Positions 18,301 through 25,172 of a stretch of 64,000 nt of DNA are shown here, piece after piece. The position numbers and the translations under genes were made by a program. Position 1 is the first letter of the stretch, and each line of letters begins with the position of its first letter. Source of the stretch: Candidatus Poseidoniales archaeon (GTDB lineage: Archaea; Thermoplasmatota; Poseidoniia; Poseidoniales; Thalassarchaeaceae); contig DUAE01000039.1 in NCBI GenBank assembly GCA_012960975.1, forward strand, positions 13,437-77,436. Direction: 5' to 3'. The notes below the pieces were generated by a model, which saw nothing but the letters and a program-made list of their open reading frames with translations, did not search any database and was not told the DNA's origin.

Positions 18301-19768
18301 CTATCTCCTCTGCCGATAATGATCCGGCTGGCATACCACGTAGCCACCCGAGTGAATTGGTAATATTTCCATGAGAACCATCGGGCATCTCAGAAGGACC
18401 ACCCGATCTATCTTCGTGGAAATGAACATGAATATCGGCTCTTCGATCTGCCCAATATTCGATTGAAGTCAGAGCATCCTCACCACCGAATCCAGTTCCA
18501 TCAGCGAGGGTAGAATCGGTACGAATGACTATTTCAACCACATTAGGTAGAGTCGTAGAAACTCCATTAGGATGTATTGCTACCTCGATATAGGCAACTT
18601 CCCAAACATCTCGGTCTCCATCGATATCAGGTGGAGAGAAGTGAATATAGCCTAAGCCAGCTGTAACTCCACAAGAAATTTCATTCGATGGTAAAGTTGT
18701 CAATTCAATTGGTAAATACCTAGATGGGCAATTAGATTGCCCATCATTAATTACTCGAATTGAATATGGGGCTGAAATACCAATGAGGCTGATATCTGAT
18801 TCATCAGCGGATAAATCTAGAAGGCCTCCGGTGAGTAAGGAAAATAAGCTAGTGACCAAACCTGTTCCTGCATTACTTAAATCAAAGAATACTCTCTCAA
18901 AACCTACTTTAATAGCGAAATTATTAGGTTTTGTTGTAAATGAAGAGTCGACGACCCAAACATAACTCTCACCTTCGCTCAATATTCCTTCAGAATAACC
19001 GAACGCCTTCATGAGGGAAACTTCCAATGTATCTAGATTAGCCCAGTCAGTATCGGTCGCACTAGAGTCAAGTGCTTTCACTGTATAATCAATCGCAGGT
19101 TGAACCCACAAAGTATCTCCTTCAATACCCCACCCGTCAGAAAAATCCCAACTGACCTTTAATCCAACTTGAATATCATCATCACCATCATTATCGATAT
19201 CGATTGCATGCAATAGAAAATCTGTTTCTGGGTCCAATAAAGAGAGGAGGGAAACAGTGAATGAAACGATTGTAAATTCTTCATGAGTATTTCCATCTAG
19301 ATCTACATATTTTGTCCAAATCACATAATCGGTCAGATTGAACAAGGTTGCCCAAATAGTAGTCACATCCCCTGGTGGTACATTTTCAGGATTTATCAAC
19401 AATTCATACGGACCTGGATGGACTGTAGTGGGTGGTGTTGTATCGACAAAACTTGCTTGATCCAACATTTCTTCAACACCATAGAGTGGATCTGCTGATC
19501 CGGTTGGAACGATTCCATTTCTGACGCTTTCAAGCTGAGGATTTGCTAACTGGTCGACTGAATTAGAATCGAGGACATTTTGTCGATTCGCTAAAACATT
19601 TGATAGATCGTCAAGAATTTCAAAATCATCTGCCTCGATTCGTGCTTCAGCATTAACGGCAGCAATTGGTGAAAATATAGGCACTAAGAATAGCAAAACA
19701 AGCAATATGGTTTGCGAATTAATTGCTTCCGGCGCTTTCGAAATTAACCGAACTGCACCATTGGACAT
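15398..19768 (-). CDS. Giant (1456 aa) secreted/membrane-associated acidic protein, no domain recognised by eye
   Basis: N-terminal hydrophobic segment TILLVLLFLVPIFSPIAAVNA (signal or anchor). Asp-rich DxDxDG-like patches (DIDNDGDDD, DIDGDRD). Long uninterrupted ORF with composition like its neighbours. Confidence 0.7.
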   Translation of the reverse strand: MSNGAVRLISKAPEAINSQTILLVLLFLVPIFSPIAAVNAEARIEADDFEILDDLSNVLANRQNVLDSNSVDQLANPQLESVRNGIVPTGSADPLYGVEEMLDQASFVDTTPPTTVHPGPYELLINPENVPPGDVTTIWATLFNLTDYVIWTKYVDLDGNTHEEFTIVSFTVSLLSLLDPETDFLLHAIDIDNDGDDDIQVGLKVSWDFSDGWGIEGDTLWVQPAIDYTVKALDSSATDTDWANLDTLEVSLMKAFGYSEGILSEGESYVWVVDSSFTTKPNNFAIKVGFERVFFDLSNAGTGLVTSLFSLLTGGLLDLSADESDISLIGISAPYSIRVINDGQSNCPSRYLPIELTTLPSNEISCGVTAGLGYIHFSPPDIDGDRDVWEVAYIEVAIHPNGVSTTLPNVVEIVIRTDSTLADGTGFGGEDALTSIEYWADRRADIHVHFHEDRSGGPSEMPDGSHGNITNSLGWLRGMPAGSLSAEEIDRIFTMLGSKSSPELPGGQPERLGLIVAIKNFTRDTSQNVDDSTLPVNPAYPPKSLVLFRSVQSIQSIDYNSWHKRGGIATDHSRLHIEASSIPTAIVLFGSFELGDSDNADMSLDSSENLDFLSRILDSAILNIVDLFLDVGTVLNTIPSEVVSVLSGGVTGSSSLDGRKVSLLMSDDWTIERQPLAIDLINVEIGSSPHPIIPGDHVVLAEDQNLEKVMGEFGLRDPIVPVAASIRFSGLISFVFDDNDETDIQFVNLQTDSINPLTFTFIEHSGESLNESSYQSLTLSDIPNNLTVTLTPDSMTYSASSGIEKITYLGLDADQRQGANIHDLPAEFSMEFGERTRWRGTSPISTLEIQVSNSTDPITMSGDHFLFDHDPNDGTSSISARLTGLQEIGWIEPVEQGANGPAGRGTAFMTAAGDRPLSINVNHAPTLDYAGLTAHALIDPMPSTLSAQIPTGGDGGSQIDIPEFNMSNGMSGVAFFIGGFADLGRSVNSVLAGFTSDISTGSESNDDAFSYAMQLDAESSFDIVIEAVHGDPVDEEPPWVHGISFHSSTLGISEGFHLKAWLPGMPPQIDMSITRSPVQDGQDWSLQLGLDGWIPARQEFMVHAYGINGQDLLLTLQGLDVGESTSLFVDSTFEVRSVGEITEVSTSTQFSLSERLDWVHAMLVNRESKSRTEMLITDIPEAIALQASIGDAISLDMSVPDMYRRDGSAVGSIMLQQMQWLDDSWWPATVFLTDIPGYINLTTEPDLNFDITKNLAFQGTPVLDFTASDNGMSLYIEAFGRAINSRGDMILLAEGMTDRMIIKPTSSYGLAIRSGGVGVEKLYVRMTDVPVSPPIILEELEAMGENIRSATIHVREIIGPYSVIEIEDVDGGRIIVSARASAQIEGYDVDLRGVMFDAQMTGGIPTGTTLGVNGLASDLSLLNLIPGLTGSTHHLLVPEPLSSGILTILATTLGGG

Positions 19769-19771
19769 AAC

Positions 19772-19790
19772 CGCACCTCTGAGAGGTGCG
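19772..19790 (-). promoter_or_regulatory. Perfect 8-bp hairpin CGCACCTC-tca-GAGGTGCG (minus-strand sense) whose 3' arm is the Shine-Dalgarno of the 1456-aa gene
   Basis: The minus strand reads CGCACCTC TCA GAGGTGCG GTT ATG. GAGGTG lies 5 nt before ATG 19768 and is fully paired in the stem. Confidence 0.55.
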
Positions 19791-19841
19791 CTAAAGGGTA
19801 TTGCCCTTCACGAGCATTCGATACATCGAGTTCGTTTCGCC

Positions 19842-22376
19842 TTATTCTAGACGAACGGTTTCGACAGATTCACAGTGAGGGCAAGCAGTTCGAGCTGCAT
19901 TTACCCCTTTTGGCATATCAACTTCGAATGTTTTTTCACAGCTTGAACACGATTGTCTAACCGTTCGATTTTCATCTTCTGTTTCAGGTGTTTGTTCAGC
20001 ATCTAAAACATCAGTTGTTTCTGTCTCAATCGGGGGTGAAGATTCTGTCTCTTTTTCGATTGTTTTTTCTACTATTGTATCTATGGGTGGAACAGGGATC
20101 GGAATTGTATCCTCTGCCACCTCTAGAGGAGGTGAAGGTAAATCGAGCTCTTCACTCACTGGAGGTTGCCAAATACCTTCAGATAATGGAACAGAATCAT
20201 CATCGAAATTAACTTCAACCTCTTCACGAGGCACTGCATCATCTTCTTCGAAGGCCGCCAATAAATTATGTGCTGAGCTAGATCTCGCATCATTGGTTGG
20301 GGGTGGTGAGGCGGAAATCAACTCTGCAAGGTCCGGATCCATCTCTGCTACGGGAATTTGAGCACCATGAGTTGCTTGGCCAGAAGAAGGTGGAATTGGC
20401 AACCCAGACATACCGCTGGACAAGCCGCCGAGTTGCGATTGTTGAGTAATCTGATTGAAGGCATCGGCCTGAGTGGAATCCGCTCCTCCCCACATCGCTT
20501 TTTGTTCATTGACTGAAGGTTGAACGACATCTTTACTCGCCAATTCTTCAGCTTCTGCTGCGGCAAGTAAAACCGAAATTCTTCGATTTTCTAATGTACG
20601 CCAAATCGTGAAGCATATCAGAGCGAGAAGGCCTATGACCCCAGTGGTAATTCCCGCTATCATTACAATACTCATCGAACTAGTTTCCCCACCATCTGAG
20701 ATAACCTGAATTTGGATATCAACTTGAGTTTCAAGTCCTGCATCATTAGTGATTGTACATCTGACCCATGCACTGCCTTTGGTATCGAAAGAGTGGATTA
20801 TTGAAGACCCTGTTCCATCTGAAATTCCATCTTCATCAAAATCCCAAGCATAAATTAAATTTCCAGATTCTTCATCTGAAACATTTACTGAAAAGTCATG
20901 GCTCTGGCCTGCTATTAGTTTCAATGTAGTAACTTGGGTTTGGGAAATCACAGGTGGAGTTGAATCGTAGAGATCCAAGGGGGCATTGTCCACGGTAACC
21001 ATGCCGGATAAGTCGGTAACACGCAGTATGATATCATGATTTCCAGCATCATAAGAAGCATCGAAAATATGAGTGAATCTGTCTGCATTAGAAAAGTCCG
21101 ATTCATAAGATTCGATGATTTCTCCATCTACTAGCCACTCAACTTTTGCAACCCCCCAATTATCAGAAAAATCACCACTCAGAACAAGAGTTTCTCCAAA
21201 TGAGCGGCGAATCTCTGCGTTGACATCGATATTAGCCAAGGGGGCGGAGATGTCCTTTACTTCGATTTCCTTGTAGATGCTAACGCTTCGAAGATCGGTT
21301 GAAACCGCCGTTAAGCGAATTGAGATATTGGTGGGTTCCGACCAGCTAACATTGATCATCGAGCCAACCGTATCATCGATACCATCGGCATTAGTGTCCC
21401 AACCAAATCGGAGGATTTGGTTAGAAAAGTTTGGGGTCGAACCAGCATCGAGCACCACCAGAGTCCCAATGTCGACAATATCGAGGGAGGCTGCATCGGA
21501 AAGAATTGGATCAAGGATTGGAGTTAGGGATGAAATAATTGTAGAGGCGACTATATTTGTCCCTGCACCACCACCACCTGCGCGGTTATCTGCGAGCAGA
21601 TACAAAGCAACACCCTCATATTGAATAGAAACAGTCCAAACCGTACTACCTGTCGAAGTAACCGCCAAAAGGTCGGCCGGATTTATGCGAGAGGCGGCCG
21701 TACCACCTTCACTGGCAGCTTGCTCGTAAGCTTGCATTTGAGTTTCAGTCATCAAGAAAATGTCGGGGGCACCCTCCATCGTTTCTGCCTGTATAGAAAT
21801 CTGTGTACCAGCATCGAGCATGAAAGGACCTGCTACGAACTCGTGGTCATTAATATCCAATCTAACAATCGTATCAACTATCAAAAAAGCAGGAGAAACA
21901 ACTTCGAAAATGTCCATTGTAACATTCGTGGCCGAACCACCTTGACCTCCTTCTCCACCATCCTGAGGGTGAGCGAGGTTATCGAGGACGAGGTACCAGT
22001 GAGTCATCGGCCGATCATCGGGGACCGTCCAATGCCAGACACCTTCTCCACTGAATAATTCGAACACAGATTCCGATTCCCAAATCGTTTCACTACGATA
22101 ATTCTGCTCATTTTGATAAGTATTTATCGCATTGGATGTGAATAGAAGAATATCGATGGCAGAATCAGTTGCGATATCCATCGACAAAGTTGTTCCTGGA
22201 TTTAATTCGCCCAAATGTATTCTTACACACGATTGATCGGTGATTTCCCAATTTGCCGGCATCATATCTAAATCAGCGTTTGTACAAAAAATTGTACCTT
22301 TCGCATCAGCTGTGACCAAAGGTGCCGCACTGGCGATAATTATCACAATGAAAATAGTGGTCGAGACACTTCGCAT
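19842..22376 (-). CDS. Secreted PKD-domain surface protein with TM anchor and 252-aa disordered cytoplasmic tail ending in a zinc ribbon
   Basis: Signal peptide MRSVSTTIFIVIIIASAAPLVTADA. PKD-like segments (FGWDTNADGIDD..., YAWDFDEDGISDGTGSSIIHSFDTKGSAWVRCTITNDAGL). TM SIVMIAGITTGVIGLLALICFTIW. Pro/Glu/Ser-rich tail ending in CSSCEKTFEV...ACPHCES. Confidence 0.8.
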   Translation of the reverse strand: MRSVSTTIFIVIIIASAAPLVTADAKGTIFCTNADLDMMPANWEITDQSCVRIHLGELNPGTTLSMDIATDSAIDILLFTSNAINTYQNEQNYRSETIWESESVFELFSGEGVWHWTVPDDRPMTHWYLVLDNLAHPQDGGEGGQGGSATNVTMDIFEVVSPAFLIVDTIVRLDINDHEFVAGPFMLDAGTQISIQAETMEGAPDIFLMTETQMQAYEQAASEGGTAASRINPADLLAVTSTGSTVWTVSIQYEGVALYLLADNRAGGGGAGTNIVASTIISSLTPILDPILSDAASLDIVDIGTLVVLDAGSTPNFSNQILRFGWDTNADGIDDTVGSMINVSWSEPTNISIRLTAVSTDLRSVSIYKEIEVKDISAPLANIDVNAEIRRSFGETLVLSGDFSDNWGVAKVEWLVDGEIIESYESDFSNADRFTHIFDASYDAGNHDIILRVTDLSGMVTVDNAPLDLYDSTPPVISQTQVTTLKLIAGQSHDFSVNVSDEESGNLIYAWDFDEDGISDGTGSSIIHSFDTKGSAWVRCTITNDAGLETQVDIQIQVISDGGETSSMSIVMIAGITTGVIGLLALICFTIWRTLENRRISVLLAAAEAEELASKDVVQPSVNEQKAMWGGADSTQADAFNQITQQSQLGGLSSGMSGLPIPPSSGQATHGAQIPVAEMDPDLAELISASPPPTNDARSSSAHNLLAAFEEDDAVPREEVEVNFDDDSVPLSEGIWQPPVSEELDLPSPPLEVAEDTIPIPVPPIDTIVEKTIEKETESSPPIETETTDVLDAEQTPETEDENRTVRQSCSSCEKTFEVDMPKGVNAARTACPHCESVETVRLE

Positions 22377-22435
22377 TGCTGTAGCGTAAACACATTACTT
22401 TTGAATCGTATCGTGGCAATGTTTGTTCTTGCATC

Positions 22436-22444
22436 AATATATTT
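22436..22444 (-). promoter_or_regulatory. Candidate TATA box (AAATATATT, minus-strand sense) for the surface-protein cluster
   Basis: Strong TATA-like 9-mer ending 59 nt upstream of ATG 22376, immediately after the PRC-barrel gene stop. Confidence 0.35.
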
Positions 22445-22698
22445 CAAGGTTTTTGTGGGATTGGAGTTGGGGGGAACCATCGTAAAATCACTACATCTCC
22501 AATCGAGCGAACCCAATTCCATGGTATTGCAACATGAATCCTACCCTCTACCAAATCTGCTGAAGGGTCGGAAACAAATATGTGAGATGTTGACCAATTA
22601 TCAGTTTCAAGAACGGTGTCGTGAACTGTCCCAAGTAGTCGCCCATCCGGTAAAACAACCGGCAGACCTCGAATTTCACTGACCGCACACTCTGCCAT
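22444..22698 (-). CDS. PRC-barrel domain protein
   Basis: 84 aa from the first ATG. EIRGLPVVLPDGRLLGTVHDTVLETDNWSTSHIFV...VAIPWNWVRSIGDVVIL is the typical archaeal PRC-barrel pattern. The track start (22725) is a TTG. Confidence 0.7.
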   Translation of the reverse strand: MAECAVSEIRGLPVVLPDGRLLGTVHDTVLETDNWSTSHIFVSDPSADLVEGRIHVAIPWNWVRSIGDVVILRWFPPTPIPQKP

Positions 22699-22905
22699 CA
22701 AACGATAGGAAATGCATCGATGCAATGAATCTTCGGACTCCTTTCACTTTTGCGTACGTGATTTAGGACCACTTGATCCATCTCGAAACCAATTTTTATT
22801 GATTGTAATTCTCGAGAGATATCGATTGTAGGTAACGTTGAATGAACCGATTTTCACTGAGCACTGCGGGAACGAAGGTGCCTGATGTTTCATCTAAGAG
22901 GATGT

Positions 22906-23499
22906 TTACTTTCCTCGATTCTTGTTTGCCTTCAAGGATGGTCGCAACTTCTCTGCACCCTTACCCTTGTTCATCAAACCGCGACCACGCTTTCCAGCAC
23001 TTGTCTTTCCACGGAAAGCACGGCCTGTGTGGCTGTTTCCTTCTGCAACCCACTTGTATTGTTTGTCGGCCTTGATGACAGGATGGTTTGGGTCGAGTAG
23101 AATTACTTCGAAGAATTTGTTTTTTCCATCTTCTCCAACCCAGTATGAGTTCAGAACTTCGAGATTTGGATATCGGCGTGAAACGCGCTCTTCTGCGATT
23201 CTCTGGATTGACTTTGCCATAGTAATCTTGGTGATACCAGCCTTACTTGGCTTTCGCTTCATGTGGACCTTACCCTTGCGAAGTCCTCCACGGCGAACGC
23301 GGGCTCGTACTACGACGACACCTTGTTTTGCTCGGTAACCGACTCGTCGAGCTGCGTCAATACGGGTTGGTTTATCGATTCGCTGGAAGACTGGATCATT
23401 TCTCCAATCCGCCATTCGAGCGACTCGATGACGAGGTTCCATAGTCGCCTTTGGATTCTTCCAAGCGTCACGAACGTACTGTGTTACACCCATAATCAT
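22906..23499 (-). CDS. rpl15e: 50S ribosomal protein L15e
   Basis: YVRDAWKNPK, RIDKPTRIDAARRVGYRAKQGVVVVRARVRRGG and EVILLDPNHP are L15e hallmarks. SD GAGGGATGATT precedes the ATG. Confidence 0.95.
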   Translation of the reverse strand: MIMGVTQYVRDAWKNPKATMEPRHRVARMADWRNDPVFQRIDKPTRIDAARRVGYRAKQGVVVVRARVRRGGLRKGKVHMKRKPSKAGITKITMAKSIQRIAEERVSRRYPNLEVLNSYWVGEDGKNKFFEVILLDPNHPVIKADKQYKWVAEGNSHTGRAFRGKTSAGKRGRGLMNKGKGAEKLRPSLKANKNRGK

Positions 23500-23555
23500 C
23501 CCTCGTAGCGACTCGCCGACTTGCCACCCCTTTATGAGTCTATATCTTAGACACC

Positions 23556-23577
23556 GAACCCTTAGGGTTCAAAAAAA
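23556..23577 (-). terminator. Hairpin GAACCC-tta-GGGTTC abutting a T7 run (minus strand): candidate terminator of tRNA-Tyr
   Basis: The minus strand reads GCATTTTTTT GAACCC TAA GGGTTC, ~95 nt downstream of the tRNA 3' end. The oligo-T is the usual archaeal termination signal. The hairpin belongs to the CCCTTAGGG-core family. Confidence 0.45.
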
Positions 23578-23671
23578 TGCTCAGATAGATTTGAATCGGC
23601 ATTTTTTTACTAAATTATGACTTTTTACAATTATTCAGAAGCACGAACCAACTGAAAGTGATTGCAATTGT

Positions 23672-23775
23672 TGGTCCGCGCTCCCGGACTTGAACCGGGG
23701 ACCCCCTGATGGCTGCCTACAACCATGTGTTTTCAGTCTACAGTCAGGTGCTCTAGCCAACTGAGCTAAGCGCGG
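23672..23775 (-). tRNA. tRNA-Tyr (GUA) with a 27-nt intron at the canonical 37/38 position and a genome-encoded CCA
   Basis: Hand-folded reverse complement:
- Acceptor CCGCGCT/AGCGCGG (C1-G72, the archaeal Tyr identity pair).
- D arm GCTC-AGTTGGCTA-GAGC.
- Anticodon stem CCTGA/TCAGG.
- Anticodon loop CTGTAG|intron ACTGAAAACACATGGTTGTAGGCAGCC (23711-23737)|A.
- Variable loop GGGTC.
- T arm CCCGG-TTCAAGT-CCGGG.
- Discriminator A, then CCA. Confidence 0.9.
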
Positions 23776-23798
23776 TACGAGTCGGTCGAGCGAACTTC

Positions 23799-23806
23799 TC
23801 TTTATC
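23799..23806 (-). promoter_or_regulatory. Candidate TATA box (GATAAAGA, minus-strand sense) of tRNA-Tyr
   Basis: Spans -24 to -31 relative to tRNA position 1, matching the archaeal TATA position. An A-rich BRE-like stretch lies upstream. Confidence 0.45.
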
Positions 23807-24003
23807 TCATTTTGCGGTGGCAAGTCGGAAAAAAACGCATCAAATTTTATCGTAATTTACCATATAATACTCATCCCGCCACCGATAATCAACCATGATA
23901 ATCGGCTTTCAGCCCCCACCCCTTCCCTCAACGGTTAATAATGCCAAGAAATGCACTCGACAATGTAAGGCAGTAATGCTGGGGATGCACGGAGTGATTG
24001 ATT

Positions 24004-25119
24004 ATGGTAGGGACACCTCTCGGAACAGAAGCCGCTTCTACCCTCGGACGTATCCCCACTACTCTCACAGATGATGAGTTAGAGTCCTTCGGCCCTCCCG
24101 ATCCACGTATTCTTGTATGCGGCTGTGGAGGATCTGGAAATAATACAATGAATCGGATTACTCACATCGGTGTTGAGGGAGCAATAACTGTTGCAATTAA
24201 CACCGACAAACAGCATCTCGACCACACGCGTGCGATGCAAAAATTACTCGTCGGTCGTCATATTACACGCGGATTAGGCGCCGGTGGCGACCCAATATTG
24301 GGTCGTCGTTGTGCAGAAGCTGGTCGAGATGTAATCTCAAAAATTGTCAGCGGTGCTGATTTAGTCTTCGTTACCGCTGGATTAGGGGGCGGAACTGGAA
24401 CTGGAATCGCACCGATTGTTGCTGAAGAAGCGAAGCGGTCTGGCGCGCTTGTTGTCGCCGTGGTCACAACACCATTCACTGTCGAACGTCGTCAGAGAAT
24501 GCAACGCGCTCTCGAAGGACTCGACCTGCTGCGAACAGCAGCAGATGCAGTCCTCGTCCTCGACAATAATCGACTCCTTCATTTTGTTCCAAATTTACCA
24601 TTAGAAGAAGCATTCAGCATAATGGATCAACTCATCGCAGAAATCGTCAAAGGAGTTGTCGAGACGATCACTTTGCCGAGTTTAATCAATCTCGACTTTG
24701 CCGACGTTCGCTCGATAATGAAAGGCGGCGGCGTCACTATGATGCTATACGGAGAATCGGATCAAGGTCCAGAAGAAGTTGTTCACGAATCACTCAATCA
24801 CCCCCTATTAGACATCGAAATCGACGGGGCAACAGGTGCGCTAATTCACGTAACAGGAGGGCCGTACATGACCCTTGAACAAGCTAACCAGGTTTGTGAA
24901 TTAATGACTTCAAGAATCTCTCCGAATGCGAATGTAATCTTCGGAGCTAGACAAGACCCCGCCTTCGGTGATACCATCAAGGTGATGTCAATAATTACCG
25001 GAGTTGCGAATAAACGTCTTGAAGCTGAAATGATGAGCGCAGATATGCTCGGAGAAGCCCTAAATATTGCGAGAAAAGGCAAAAACCCAACATCTGGTGG
25101 ACTACAAAGATTTGACTAA
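24004..25119 (+). CDS. ftsZ: Cell division GTPase FtsZ (paralogue 1)
   Basis: GCGGSGNNTMNRI, tubulin signature GLGGGTGTGIAPIVAEEAK, NTD and DFADV motifs. ATG 24004 follows a GGAGTGATTGATT SD. The track start 23998 is a TTG. Confidence 0.93.
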   Translation: MVGTPLGTEAASTLGRIPTTLTDDELESFGPPDPRILVCGCGGSGNNTMNRITHIGVEGAITVAINTDKQHLDHTRAMQKLLVGRHITRGLGAGGDPILGRRCAEAGRDVISKIVSGADLVFVTAGLGGGTGTGIAPIVAEEAKRSGALVVAVVTTPFTVERRQRMQRALEGLDLLRTAADAVLVLDNNRLLHFVPNLPLEEAFSIMDQLIAEIVKGVVETITLPSLINLDFADVRSIMKGGGVTMMLYGESDQGPEEVVHESLNHPLLDIEIDGATGALIHVTGGPYMTLEQANQVCELMTSRISPNANVIFGARQDPAFGDTIKVMSIITGVANKRLEAEMMSADMLGEALNIARKGKNPTSGGLQRFD

Positions 25120-25172
25120 ACACCGTTCAGAACATCGCAAGTATCAAACGAGGCAAGTATTGACCCTGCTTC

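Noticed and set aside
22401-22682. 93-aa plus-strand ORF
   Set aside because: It is antisense to the PRC-barrel gene, which has a recognisable domain pattern. No signals support it.
22713-22724. 12-nt perfect palindrome TGCATCGATGCA upstream of the PRC-barrel gene
   Set aside because: About 16 perfect 12-nt palindromes are expected by chance in 64 kb, so there is no additional support.
23635-23823. 62-aa minus-strand ORF
   Set aside because: It coincides with the tRNA-Tyr gene and its promoter. It is an artefact of the ORF scan.
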